Below are positions 1-13,134 of a DNA stretch of 64,000 bases, piece by piece (within the stretch, counting starts at the first letter, position 1; the number at the start of each line of letters is the position of its first letter). The translations under genes were made by a program, and so were the position numbers. The stretch comes from Geosiphon pyriformis uo1 (lineage: Eukaryota > Fungi > Glomeromycota). Under the pieces are notes generated by a model, which worked only from the letters and a program-made list of their open reading frames with translations, searched no databases and had not been told where the DNA came from. Where the stretch lies: assembly GCA_016748015.1 (NCBI GenBank), contig JAAOMT010000201.1, forward strand, positions 62,001-126,000. Direction: 5' to 3'.

Positions 1-274
1 GTATGATATAATTAATTCTACTAAAAAAAATTTCTCCCATTTCTGTTGTGTCAATTACCTTTTAAACCACTTCAACAATGGATTGTGAACATAAATATAC
101 TTATTTTTTGTCATCCAAAAGTTTCTCAATTTCCTTTGCTAATAAAACAGAAAGGAAAAGATTTTTTTTGAATCTTTGTTTTTCTTTTTCGGTGCAATTT
201 ATCGCGTTCTTTTAAAAAAAAAAGCAGTTGGTTTTAATAAGAACGGAAACCCCGAGCCTTTCACATTAAAGTAG

Positions 275-336
<62 letters not shown>
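275..336. repeat. poly(A) tract, ~62 nt
   Basis: Uninterrupted A run, preceded by ATTAAA about 10 nt upstream. Confidence 0.9.
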
Positions 337-338
<2 letters not shown>

Positions 339-2021
339 AAAGATTTAAGCAAAATTACTAAAAATAAATAAAAGTTTTCTATATCAAGTTAATGGTGTTT
401 AACAATTTACCTATTTTTGGACTTATATTTGAGGATCCCAATGTAAAAATTATTGTACAATTCACATGATTGACAAAGAAGGGTAAACAATAATCATAGA
501 AAATGCAATTAATTTTATGTTTGATTAATTTAAGCCTTTAAAAGAAAAATAAAATCTAATTTAATATCATATTTTATACCAGATATAATAAAATTTCCAA
601 TTGATATTTGTTCATCAAAAAAATTGAATCTGATGCCGATATTAATTATCTAAGGAAACCATAATTTCTCGATATTTAGTATTTCATGCTGAAGTAATTC
701 TTGACTTTTTCATTTTTTTTAAAGAGTTTTAAAGTATAAAATGACATTCAAACCTCAAGCTCTTGTTCTTCTTCTTATTCTTTATCTTGCTTTTTAGAAC
801 AGTTTTTTAATGATAATTTACATAATTTTGTCAATTAAAAATTGACATGGTAGCTAGGGATAAAAAAAATTTAAATTTGATTGAATTGATCAAAGAGAGG
901 TTGCCACATCATGTTATGATCTATTAAAATTAAGATATTTTTATTATATTTTTAAATGGATTCGATTGAAAAAATACGTTTAATAAAATTCATTACAAAA
1001 AATTATTTGTAAATACCCTATTTAATTATTAATATTATTATTATTATTATTATTATTATTTTGCTATTTAGCCAATCACCTAATCATTTAGAATTGTTCT
1101 AGATGTTTCGTTTTGGTCGAATTCAATTTTTTAAAAGTTTTAAAATTACGCATCATTAAATGGTGCTCGATCGATTCGCAAAAATTAGCTACCTGCCTTA
1201 CTTAATGATTCTATGCTTATTATGAAAAAAAAACTAGTCATAATAGCATTAAATTTCAAAATTACTTTAAAAATAAGGCTTTTTAAATTTATTTTACTTC
1301 CATATATAGTTTAGTGTGTATTGCTAAAATATATCGAGAATATATTTAAAGACTTTCAATAAGATCAAATAAAGGAGATTAAAGTTTTTATTAAAATTTT
1401 ATTCTTCATTTACCGGTTTCGAAAAAGATGAATGTTCGAGTGTGGGAAAATAAGAATTTTAATCATATAAACTGAATCGATAAACAATTTATCTTTTTAA
1501 CTTTGTATATAATAAAATTTTAATTGCTTTTAGTGCCTTGTTTAAAGATAATATCTAAAAAGTATTTATCTTGGATCATTCTAGAATATTGACGTTATTG
1601 GTTTTCTATATATAATAATTTGATTAAAAAACAAAATTATCCTAAACTTTTGAATAATCTCGATTGATCTTTATGATTAGAGATTATGTCTATAAATAGG
1701 TCTGTGATGGTGATAGCGTATAAGGTTTTAGAAGCAAGAATAATTTATTTCAATTGTTAATCATTTAATTTCGCAACATAAATATACCTTTGGGAAAACA
1801 AACATTGTTAATTTTTCATTTTTAAATAAATTTTAGAGAAAAAATAAATAAAGATCTATAAAAAAATCTTTTAGGCTTTATACTCTTAGCTCTCAGATAA
1901 TCGAAAAAGAAACCACCCCCCCCCATTATTTACAAATCGCTTTTGAATTTCCTTTTCCTATATTCACATAATCAAAGTAACCCTTCATTGAAATAGTACT
2001 AAATTAAAAGAAGTTTATTTC

Positions 2022-2843
2022 CTATAATAAAAACTTTTCCTTTTTCTGAGAGTTTACTTCTAGTCTCGCAGTATAATAATTTACAAGTTTTTCCAACTCT
2101 CCTATTCTATTATGTAGAATAGGAATGATAGATTCACACTCATCACATCGATTTCTAATATTGTAATTCGAAGGGAAAAAGGAATTAGGCAAGTCTGAAA
2201 AAGTATATGATGAAGTTGTATAGTCATGTTGCTCAGAGTAATTAGATAAAGATGGAGTTTCTGGACAATTTTTTTCAAATGATAACAATGGTGAGATGGA
2301 AGATTCATTAGTATATGTAGGATAAGATACCATATTAAACTTTTCGGGGGGATATAAAGAAGGTTCAATCGAATTTCGAACGTAATCCTCCGTATTATCA
2401 TGACGATCAAAAGATATGGGTTCAATTTTTCCTATTGTGTCCATTAATGAATTTGGGATCATATCAAAATCAAGAGATTCCGAGTTGAATTTTTTTAATT
2501 CATCATTACTTTCAGAATGAAATAAAATAAATTCATAACGAATTTGTTTATAAAGATTTCTGGCATCAGTCGCGATTTGTTGATATTCCTTTCGTACATA
2601 TTCTGGTTCATTTGCCCAACCTTGTTTCACGATGATCGAAAGTTGTGGTTGGGTAATTCTTGAATGCTTTCCTGACCGTATTTCTTGACAGACGGCCATT
2701 CGGTAAGCGATAAATGCGTTTGGAATTCTAGACTGCTTGCCAGTAGTTTTAAGTTTTATTATTGCCTTTCCAATGAGTTTCATTGGCGTTATGACTGGAG
2801 GATATCTAGGAACAACGCAGGGTAAAGTGCTCAATTTGCTCAT
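2022..2843 (-). CDS. MATA_HMG-box transcription factor (paralog 1) with C-terminal Cys-capped coiled coil
   Basis: 273-aa intronless ORF. HMG box SRIPNAFIAYRMA...ITQPQLSIIVKQGWANEPEYVRKEYQQIA; Ser/Pro-rich middle; C-terminal CDECESIIPILHNRIGELEKLV. Clearly paralogous to 12154-13134 and 23658-24593. Confidence 0.9.
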   Translation of the reverse strand: MSKLSTLPCVVPRYPPVITPMKLIGKAIIKLKTTGKQSRIPNAFIAYRMAVCQEIRSGKHSRITQPQLSIIVKQGWANEPEYVRKEYQQIATDARNLYKQIRYEFILFHSESNDELKKFNSESLDFDMIPNSLMDTIGKIEPISFDRHDNTEDYVRNSIEPSLYPPEKFNMVSYPTYTNESSISPLLSFEKNCPETPSLSNYSEQHDYTTSSYTFSDLPNSFFPSNYNIRNRCDECESIIPILHNRIGELEKLVNYYTARLEVNSQKKEKFLL

Positions 2844-2875
2844 GACTGGGAATTTTGAAATTTTGAAATTTTTAA

Positions 2876-2924
2876 GAGAAGAGAAGAGAAAGGAATAGAA
2901 GAGAAGAGAAGAGAAGAGAAGAGA
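2876..2924. repeat. (GAGAA)n microsatellite, a CT-rich tract in the probable 5' UTR of HMG paralog 1
   Basis: Pentamer tandem repeat 30-80 nt upstream of the minus-strand ATG. Confidence 0.8.
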
Positions 2925-4491
2925 GACAACTTAAAAAGTTTTATTGTTAAAAATAAGTTGGGGATTAAGTCTTTTTTTGTTGAAAACTTTTTCCTTTTGA
3001 ATCAAAAGTTTTAACTAGAAAGCCATTAGAATTTTGGTCCTTATTTATCACTTTTCGTTTATACCTAAAGAGATACACGTAAAATAATGCCTTTTTATTC
3101 ACTATTCTTATATTCCTGTTCTTTGAGATAATGTTTAGGTAAGGTACATCGTTCTAACTTAAGTTATAAATAATAAGCTCTCAATATTAGTCACTCAAAA
3201 GGATATATTTTTTCCCTTTTATATACTATTTAGGTTAAAATGAAAAACATGCGATATTTAGAAGAGCAATTGCGAAACTTCTTAATCGTGAAGAACTATC
3301 CATTGTAAAAAAGGATAAAGGTAAGCCTGAAATGAATTTTGATAATTTTTTAAGATATATATTGCCTAGGCGAATCGGGAAACGTCAAAGAGTTTTTTTA
3401 ATATAAAGCATAAATTTGTAGAGGTCATGAACGAATTTATTGTCTCACAATTCATAAATAAATTTGATGAAGTCATGAATGAATCATACCTTGGCAAATA
3501 AAAAAAGGTTTAAACCCTTCCTATTAATTAGTTAGTCAATAGTTCCTTTTGAATCAAAAAATTGATTTGCATTAACCGAGACCTATTATCTGACTTTTAG
3601 ATTTTCGAGAGGATCAATGGGAAAATTGTGTGTGTAATGTTAACAAAAAATCAAAGATCAATATTTGCAGAGAGAGATGATCATGTTATTCATTGGCTGA
3701 TTTTATTTCTTTTGAAACAATGCAGGCATTGAAACAGGGGTGTTTACAAGAAGAAGAATAAGAAGAAGAAGATTGATGATGAAGCTATCGATATAAATGT
3801 GAACCTTTTTGTGACTCAACTTCGAAGCTAATAAAAATTTCTTTAAACTTTGAAGATATTTAGCAATTTTTAGTTTTTGCTTGCTATTTCAATCAATTAT
3901 TTTAAAGCTAAAAGATTAATGCAAGTCAAAAAAAAAAACATGTAATTTTGAGCTTTACCATATGTGAAGTGAGATTCTTTTACATCAAAAAAGGGGAATA
4001 AAGGGTGTATGATGATGATGAATTTCGGGTGTTAAATTTCGGAATACATGAAAATCCCAGTTTCGTTTTTTAGAATAAAAACATCGCCGATTCGGAAAAA
4101 ATACCCCTTAATTGAATGAAAATATATTTATCCCAACAGAATATAAGAAAAACTTTTCGATTACTTTTAAAATCTGCATGTTTAATTGAGGTAATGGCTA
4201 ATTAAAAGATTATATTTTTATTTAGTTTAAAAGCAAAATGATTAGAGATATTAGTTTTTAAGATTCTCTATTCTAACAGTTATTTTTTTGTTTTTAATTG
4301 AAAGGAAATTATTTAATAACACCCCATTAATATTGAGGATTAACCACACCTTTCATGAAATATTGGATAATGATAAAAATTTTTACAAAAATTGATTGGC
4401 TAGTCAGTAAAATCTATAGTTAATTTGAAAAATAAATTTTTACTTTATAAACGTTATTATTCTGATGCAATTCAAAGATTCTGCGTGGTCT

Positions 4492-4590
4492 TTTAATCGT
4501 CACTCTAGGGAAATTCTCACGTCCCCAGTTGCTAATTTTTATTTAATCGTCACTTTAAAGAAATTCTCAAGTCCAGTTGCTAATTTTTAT
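4492..4590. repeat. ~50-bp imperfect tandem duplication
   Basis: TTTAATCGTCACTCTAGGGAAATTCTCACGTCCCCAGTTGCTAATTTTTA followed by TTTAATCGTCACTTTAAAGAAATTCTCAAGTCCAGTTGCTAATTTTTA. Confidence 0.85.
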
Positions 4591-5426
4591 TTATATAATT
4601 GATTTGATAGAATTGATTTTTCAAAAATACAAGAAATTTCTCTTATGAATAAAAATTACAAGTTTCATATGATTAAAGGATATATTATAATGAACTCTTT
4701 GAAGTAAAAAATTTCAATCGCTTATTTAACAATGACCGTGAAAAAAAAACTATCACTTTGAATTAGCTAAAAAATCTTTAGTGAAAAGTTATTTTAATAT
4801 TATATTTTCATTGATTAACTAATTGGGGTTCATCCTAAACCTTTAAAGTATATCTGATTGGCGACAACGTTTTTGTTGATGATATTTTTAATCTTTTTAA
4901 ATAATAATAATAATAATATGTAAATCATCAATTTGTTTTGTTCGTCCGTCATGGTAGTTAATATTAAAAAGCAAAGAGTATCAAGCCCAAAAAATTAAAA
5001 AAATCTAACCTTTTTCTCACTAAAATTATGCATGCTAACATAAAGTTTTCATCATTGAACGCAATTTCGTTGGAGCATTTTTTTTTTACCTCGATGACTT
5101 CACTCACATTTTAGAGATATAAAATTCATTTTGCATGAAAATTTTCATCATTCACAAACAAAGAATAACTAATTACTAAAATGATTTTATATTTTTCGAG
5201 ATTAATTGAAATTAAATATATTAATTAGATAAGTTATATGGAATGAAAAAAAGTTTTTTCCATTGGTTCGATTTAAATATTTGTTTGTTTTAAAGAATTA
5301 TGTAATGAGAAAATCAATATCAAAAACATATATATCATTTAAAAGACAATCAATCTATACACTAATTCTGAAGTGCTCAAATCTAAAACACTTATTCAAT
5401 TGAAAGAAAAAAGGCTTCACAATTAG

Positions 5427-5456
<30 letters not shown>
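5427..5456. repeat. poly(A) tract, 30 nt
   Basis: Uninterrupted A run. Confidence 0.9.
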
Positions 5457-5459
<3 letters not shown>

Positions 5460-7029
5460 TCAAAAGAGTCATTTCAAATCGAGGTAGAATTCTAAAATTA
5501 TTTTAATCCTATATATCGTTTAAAGGTAACAGAAACCCCCAGTGAATTTATTATAACGAAATATATTGGAAATCTATATTTATGATGATTCATCTTTGAA
5601 GAACATCAATCCCACGTACATTGAATAGTTTTTCAGTAACAAGGCCTCAATCGGAATTTTCTGAATAATGACAATTAAATTTCTGGTTAAATTGTATTAG
5701 AAAATAGGAGATTTTTACCAAATTTGTTATTAACTAATAAAAATGTTAACCCAATAGATTGATAGGGAAAGTTTTTAGAAAGTGAAAGTTGGAAATTATG
5801 TAAAAAAAACGATTGACTATTTTACTTCAGTATTTGTCAAATTTAACAAAATTCTACTTCCTCGATATTAAAAATTCTTTTAAATCATCATAATAGTTTT
5901 TTATAATTAAATGTTTTTCCGAGAATCTATTTTATTTATTTAGAAAAGTGGCGGGAATATTTTGATTGTCCATATCCTTTTTCTACCCTAATAAAGAAAT
6001 CAAATCGGAAATTCATTAATTAAAACTTTTTTTTGTTTTTACTGGATAAATTTAGTTTATATCGTACCCATTTTCATAATGAACCATTTACTTATTTATT
6101 TATTAATTTTTAAACCCTTTAATATTGATTTGGATAATATATATACATTATAGATTTTTATTAATAAACCAATGAAAACCAAGTTATTCATCAATCTAAT
6201 TCCATATAAAATTATATTTTGTTCATTAATAATCTCTCAGTTTTTAAAGGGATCTAGGTCCCAGCATAGTTCTTTAGGTTTGAAAATAAAAATCGGCTTT
6301 TACCGTCATGATCATTCTTTTTAATGTATTAAAATAAAAATGGGTTAATACTCAATCACCATTTTTTACACTTTAAAAATTAAAAATAGGCTTTAAAATG
6401 AGTAAGAGATGACCCAATTTTAAAGTTTGGAAAAGATTTTTCAGCTCAACAATTAATATTTGTAATTAAAATAATTTTTTTTAAGATTCAAAAAAAAAAT
6501 TTCCATGTGGCTTTTTTAAAATATTTCTTTTCATAAAAAAGGGCACACAAGTTTTTTTTACCTAAACCATTTCAATATGTGTGAATAACAATCAGAAATT
6601 TGGAAAATTGTTTGATAAATAATTTTTTTAGAAATGTTCGAAAAACTAAAATTATTCGATATTTTTTTTTTAAAATAATAAATTCCTAAAAACAGGTTAA
6701 AATAAATCTTTTTTTCACAGTAGTATGTTTTGTTAAAAAACAGGTGTAATAAATAAACAAAATATAAACTTTAAAATTCAAAGTATAAAATATTTTTACT
6801 TTACTTTTAGTAAATATTTCTTTGTTTTTCCAATTTGGTTAAAAAAAAAATTATTTCATCATATAATTGACAAAGTATACATTATTATAAAAATATTGCA
6901 TTAAAAAATATAATAAACAAATAGGTTTAAATTTTAATTTTAAATCTTTTTTTTTATCATTGATTCAATTTTAATATTTAAATATAAATAGTATTTTTAA
7001 ATCTTATTTTAAAGTTCCTTTCTGAAATT

Positions 7030-7857
7030 AAGTAAGGTCATTAAACTATATATCTCAACTGTACGATACAATTTCAAAAATTTGGAAAAAGTCGGAAAGA
7101 TTGAGCCTAAAGGCGGTAATAGTCATTTTAAGAAAATCACGGGACATATATCGAGAATAGTAAATCAATCTGTTTATAAATATTTTTCTTTGTCTTGGCG
7201 AAAAATTGTTACTAAATTAGAACATATAAAAACTTATCAATTACTACGCCAATGCACACGCAATTTGAAATGCAGAAACTTGTTAAATGGCTCAAATTTT
7301 ATCTTAATGATAACTGGAAAAAAAACCTTATTTTGGGATGAAACAGCATTTCAACCTGTTCCCAAAAACAATTGAACATTGGTGCAAGGGAAAACTTTCA
7401 ATTCGTCTAAATACCAAAAGATTGTACAAAGATTCTTGCGTGGGGTGGTTTTATATAAAGGGAAAAACCCAGCTTGTTTTTTTTTTCAACGTATAATGGA
7501 TGCAAAGTTTTATATATTGAAATTTTGCAACAACATGTTTGGAGAAGTTAATTGAATACTTTGGAAAAAGTTACACTTTCAACAAAATAACGATCTCAAG
7601 CGTTTCTTGCAAAAAATGTAATTGAATTTATTGACTGGCCATCATGTAGTCCGGTTCTAAATCTATATGAAAATATGTGGAGTAATTGTTAACCCCAAAG
7701 TAGAAAAACGATTGCCAAAAATATGGATGATTTGGAGCGATAGATAGTTGAAGAATGGAATTCTTTGCCAAAAACCATGCTAATCAATTTAATAAATTCA
7801 ATGTCACGAGTTGCGAGTCAATTACTGAGAATAAAGGCAAAAAAAATTGCATACTAA
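7030..7857 (+). mobile_element. Tc1/mariner (IS630-like) transposase pseudogene
   Basis: Frameshifted pieces: HTH region STVRYNFKNLEKVGKIEPKGGNSHFKKIT, first Asp motif KKTLFWDETAFQ, FQQNNDLK (FQQDND), IDWPSCSPVLNLYENMWS (WPSxSPDLNPIENxW), IVEEWNSLP. Confidence 0.8.
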
Positions 7858-7914
7858 AATTTTATATTAATAAAATTACTGGCTTCTGGCCTTTCTAACA
7901 ATATATTAATAATA

Positions 7915-8455
7915 CAATTCCGTGGATTTTTACTAACTTTTAAAAAACATCTTGAGCCAGAGTATTTTTCGCACCATTCCTTTTACTTTTTTTTCCACAT
8001 TTTTCTTAAATATTCTTAATAAGGTTTGAGATCTGCGTTATATAATGGCCATGACAGAACATGATATACAAGTCTTGCTTGAAAATCATCACACACATTA
8101 TTATTTGGGGGTAAGAAACATGCTTGGGCAGAATGGCAATGTATACAAGCCTTCAAAAGCTTGTTTCAGACAGTTTATTTGCTGACTTCAAACCTGAATT
8201 CATTTCTTTGAGCGCTTTAATTTCGGCTGCCTTATTAATGATTTCTATACACGATTTTGCCAATCTGACGACGTTTGCGAGAAGTAAGTTTGTGAATGAC
8301 CAGAAGAATAAATATCTGAAATTTAGCCGTTTTTGCAAAGTAATTCTGAAAGGAATGAAGAGAAAGACCGATTATTTTGGCGATTTTCGTTGCATTGAGT
8401 CAAAAGTACTTAATGACTTAAAATTTAAGCTTTACAAAATTACGGTGCATTAAGT
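7915..8455 (-). mobile_element. Second, internally deleted Tc1/mariner transposase relic, tail-to-tail with the first
   Basis: Minus-strand fragments NATKIAKIIGLSL, LTSRKRRQIGKIVYRNH, AAEIKA (Tc3-type HTH region), joined to VLSWPLYNADLKPY (degenerate WPSYSPDLNPI). Confidence 0.6.
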
Positions 8456-11400
8456 AAGTGAAAATAGGTGAAAAGTTAAAATGGGTAGTGTCAGACATCA
8501 GGGGGTAACCAAAAATAACATTTACGCGTTGACCTTGCCTAAATTATTTTTCAGAACTCTATATTTTAACATTTTTTGATAAACATAATTATATTTATGT
8601 TGTGTTTTTCCATTAAAATGACTGATATTTAAAAACACTGAAAACAGGAAAAATATTTTTCATGAATTAATATCTTAATTTTAATTGTATATTTTAATAC
8701 ATGTTTTATAATTCAAACCAAATCTTAAATTTTGCCAATTAAAATTATTTTAGATATACTAAATACAGCAATATGTAAACAAATTTAGTATTTAATTGTT
8801 TGAATTTAAAAAAAGCATAACACAAAACATAAATTTTTAAAAAATATTTATGTTAAATAATAAATAATTCACAATAAATAAAAATTTTAACAAAAAAGAT
8901 TAAACATTAAATATTTTTACAGAATCATTAATAAATATTAAAAATTTTGACAAATTATAATTAAATTAAATAAATAAATAAGTATACTTTTATTAATTAT
9001 TAATATTATTCTTTAAAACAATTTGATCTCAAAAATTTTATATTAATAAAATATTATTTTTTTAAAATAATTTTAATCTCAAAAATTTTATTTGTTTCTT
9101 TGACAGTTTTTAAATTAAAGTTAATAATCAGCTTATTTTGCAAGTTTATTGATCAAAAGAATAGACAAGTCAATATTTTTAATTTTTATCAATTTTAATA
9201 AAACAAAATAAAAGATTTGCAGTTGGACCTTACTTTGTAAAACATTAAAAAATATATATTTAAACAAAATATTTTGTTTTTAAAAAATTAATTATCATTT
9301 GACTAGCAAATTTAATATAATCATGCTGTCTATATTTTTGATGAAAAATAGTAATAATACAAAATAACTTTCGAAATCTTATTTGTTTTTTGGGAAAATC
9401 TTTCGAGACTTTCAACAACAATCATATTCTACTCTAGCGATAACCCTGAAGAAGTTATTAGATAAAATGATCCCAATCTTCAATCTTCAATCTTCACGAG
9501 GTATAGTGGTTTTAGAAATAACCGCCTGGCTGATGAAGATTGTTGTGAGCATCATTGATATCTTTTATATTATCAATTTGAACGATATGAAGATTATCAC
9601 CACTATTATTAATTGGGTTGGGGAATATGCTGATGCCCCAAAAATCAAAGCTGGTTTGAGTTTCAGGGCTATAATTTACGAAAAACTGTTTTTTTTTTCG
9701 ATTTTCTCTTGCAGATCAAAGTTTTTTATGAAAAATATTTGAGAATTTTCTCTCGTTTTTTTTTACAAGCAAACAAAAATTTACATAAAAATTTTCAACT
9801 TTCTAGTTCTATCCCAAACAAGAAGCTAGGATTTTTGTTTTTATAAACTGGTCTGATCCACTTGCGAAAGCTCCCTTTTTAATCACAACTTTAATGTTGT
9901 TTTTTAACGCAGATTGAAAATGGAATCATATTACATGACTTTCCAAATCAGAAAATATAGAATGCACTATATTTATATATCATGTGTTTCTTTAGTATAA
10001 AATATTAATATTTCTGACCCGAATCTAAGCTATTTAGACTTGATTTCCTAGTTGAAATGTTTCGTTTAAGAGCAAAATAAGAAATATAAAAACAAAACGA
10101 TCTATAAATATTGACGTTCAAATATAGAGCTGATAACGAATTCTTACTAAACTTTAAATAGCCTTTGAATAAGAATTCAAATGTTTGGAGGCTAATTTAT
10201 TATAAAAAATTATTCAAATATTTTCTTGATGATTTTCACAAAAGTAATATCAAAAGATTTTTCCCTAAATCAAGCCCTTGTTTATGAATCTAACTTGAGT
10301 ATTGACGCAACAATCGTAAGACGTTTAATTTAATCCAAAAATTAGATTCAAAAAAATAAAATCGTCTTCCTGATGCTCCCGATTTATTTTTTATTCATGC
10401 GTTCAGATGATCTGGTTTTCTCACACTGGAAGATTATTTAACCATTAATTTTTTAATGAAATTTCCGGACCTTTTGAATCACTTTTCCCCTGGAAGTATA
10501 GACATGAAAACCCCTACATAAAACCTAACTAAAGTACGACTTAAGAGAACAAACCAAAATTTTTAAAAAATTTAAATATTCAATAGTGACAACAAAATGC
10601 ACGTAAAAAAACGACATGCATAACATTTTAAAAATTCAAGTTATTCAAGGATATATATTACCTTCAAAAAAATTTTGAATAAATTATATTTGAGTTCTTT
10701 TTGGAAACCCTTATAATAAAAAAACAATCTAATGTTCTTATACTTGAAACTTGAATAAAATTGTGCTATTTTAAGTGTTTATTATTATAAAAAGTTTCTT
10801 GATTTCTCATTCTTTAGAAATTAGAGACTCAAATTTATATAGCCTTTTAAAAATTTTCATGGAAACAAAAATTTTGTCTATTTTTATTTGAAATTATTAG
10901 GTTTATTTTAGGCACACAAAGTTTTCCACACGGAAATAACAATTATTGCTTTTGGTCCCTTTTATTTAGCCTTCATAATTTTCTTTCATTGCAAAGTTGG
11001 TTATTATTTTTGTAAAAATTTATTAAAATAAAAAATAAAACAAAAAGAGTGTGAGAATTGAATAATAGTTATTTTTGAAACTCCTCAAGACTCTTATTTC
11101 TAGTCATTCAATTATTATCAAATGAGGTGAAAGTTTTTTTGAACTAGAGATATATTTTTAATCAAAAAAACACTGTATCAAATAATAGCAGACTAATACA
11201 AAGAATTAAAAGAAAATCTAAAGAATCAATTAAACTTTGCACAAAATAAATTCCAGCAAAGTTAAGAAATCTCTCCTTAACTCATAAAATTAGTCAATTT
11301 TAGAAATCTCTACTTAAAATGAGGAAGTTTAAAAATCATACAAGTTTAAGGACTTTTAACGAGTTTAGAAATCTGGGGTCAAATCGTTTCAAAGCGAAGG

Positions 11401-12153
11401 GTCATTTAATTTTTTATAATGTCAAATTTTTATCTTCAAAGTAATTTAAAATTTTCATGACACAAAAAAAAATAGAATATATAAATTTTGCATTTAATAT
11501 AATCATTTAGTAATACGTGTTGGATTCTATGTCTCTATAAACTTGAACTTGTAATTGTGAAAAAGCCATATTGCGATTGTGAGAAAATGTCATTATAAAT
11601 ATTAAAAACACATCATATGATAGTATTAGATGATTTAAAAAAAAATCCTTTTTATCTATACAATGAGTAACGAGCATAAATTTAAACAGTATTGTAGAAC
11701 GAGACTAGCTTTTATTATAAAACAAAGCACAAAGATAAGAGAAAGAGCACAATTTTTCTATAAGTCTCATAGTTAGATTTCGAAATTTAAAAATTAAATA
11801 TATATAAATTAGTCTAATATTATGCATGTTATTATAAAGGTCAATTCTTTAAATGGTTATATTTTTCGATGACCTCTATTATTTTGACTTTCGTAAGCCC
11901 TCAATAATTTACTTGAATAATTTAGAATAATATCTCGTTCCTTAAATTATTAAAACTATTTTTTTGCTGACTGAAACTCTGCATAATAAATATTTGAAGT
12001 TGTAAATTATTGTTATAGAAACTACATTTAAAATAAGAATAAAAATTATTCTAAAAATTAAATTCCCGTTATGTCATTTTCAGTTTATCATAATTTTATA
12101 TGGATGGTTGGATTCTACTTTAATTACTTATAGGGCTCAAATCATAAATATTT

Positions 12154-13134
12154 TTAAAGATTCGGAGGAAGGCTTTCAGAAAATTTAGTTTTGACGAAAT
12201 CTGTAAGTACTGCTAATTTTTCTTCTAATGTATTGACCTTGTTTTGTAATTCAGATATTTTACTCTTACACTTATTACATTCATCATCTGTATTTTCAAA
12301 AATACTTTGACCATAGTTAGACAATGTACAGTAACTACTTAAAGGAATATTTGAATAATTAAAAATGGTGTCATCTGAATTAAATATTGTTTGATTTGTC
12401 GAATATGGTGATGCTAAAGAATTTTGGTATGGATTAAATGTACTATCCATGAATGAGGTTGATGGAAAATCAATTTCTTCCATTTGTACTTGCTGATAAG
12501 AACCATTGGAACATTTATCCATAGAATCACTTATACTCTGAATACCAATAGTTGGTTCCTGAATCATTTGCGAGGAATTAAAAACTTCGTGATCGCTTTC
12601 CAATACTGTAGAATTATCTGTAGATGTCCAAGTTTGGGAAGGCACACTTATTAATTCCTGAGGGTATACAAATTCTGGACCGGGGGAATTTTGCAAAGAT
12701 TTACAACCTATCTCAAAATCTTGGTCTAATTTTACGTGCCAGAAATGGAAAGTTTGTTCATTATATTGTTCATTTTCTTCCTCAATTTGAAGTGGATTTT
12801 GCAATCTATGAAGGTGTTTAAAGATATCCCGTGCTTCAGCTGCAATTCTTTGATATTCGCGACGAACATTTTCAGGCTCCTTTTCCCAAAATTCTTTTGC
12901 TATAGAGGAAAGTTGAGGTTGAGTAATTACAGGATAGTTCATTGATCGAAGTTTCTTACAAACTGCCATTCTATATGCTATAAAAGCATTTGGTATTCTC
13001 GAAGTTTTGCCAGTAGTTCTTAATTTTAAAAGAGCTTTTTCTATTAATTTAAGAGCTGTAGCTTCAGGAGGGAATGGCAAGACCAGATTTGGCAAATCCT
13101 TAAAATTTTTCTTGGTTTTATTAAGAGATTGCAT
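12154..13134 (-). CDS. MATA_HMG-box transcription factor (paralog 2) with C-terminal CxxC and leucine zipper
   Basis: 326-aa intronless ORF. HMG box TSRIPNAFIAYRMA...ITQPQLSSIAKEFWEKEPENVRREYQRIAAEAR; C-terminal CNKCKSKISELQNKVNTLEEKLAVL with Leu every seventh residue. Confidence 0.92.
   Translation of the reverse strand: MQSLNKTKKNFKDLPNLVLPFPPEATALKLIEKALLKLRTTGKTSRIPNAFIAYRMAVCKKLRSMNYPVITQPQLSSIAKEFWEKEPENVRREYQRIAAEARDIFKHLHRLQNPLQIEEENEQYNEQTFHFWHVKLDQDFEIGCKSLQNSPGPEFVYPQELISVPSQTWTSTDNSTVLESDHEVFNSSQMIQEPTIGIQSISDSMDKCSNGSYQQVQMEEIDFPSTSFMDSTFNPYQNSLASPYSTNQTIFNSDDTIFNYSNIPLSSYCTLSNYGQSIFENTDDECNKCKSKISELQNKVNTLEEKLAVLTDFVKTKFSESLPPNL

Noticed and set aside
9383-9742. 119-aa plus-strand ORF and a coding-looking minus-strand stretch (VNYSPETQTSFDFWG...)
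   Set aside because: Non-ATG start on the plus strand; no start or recognisable domain on the minus strand.
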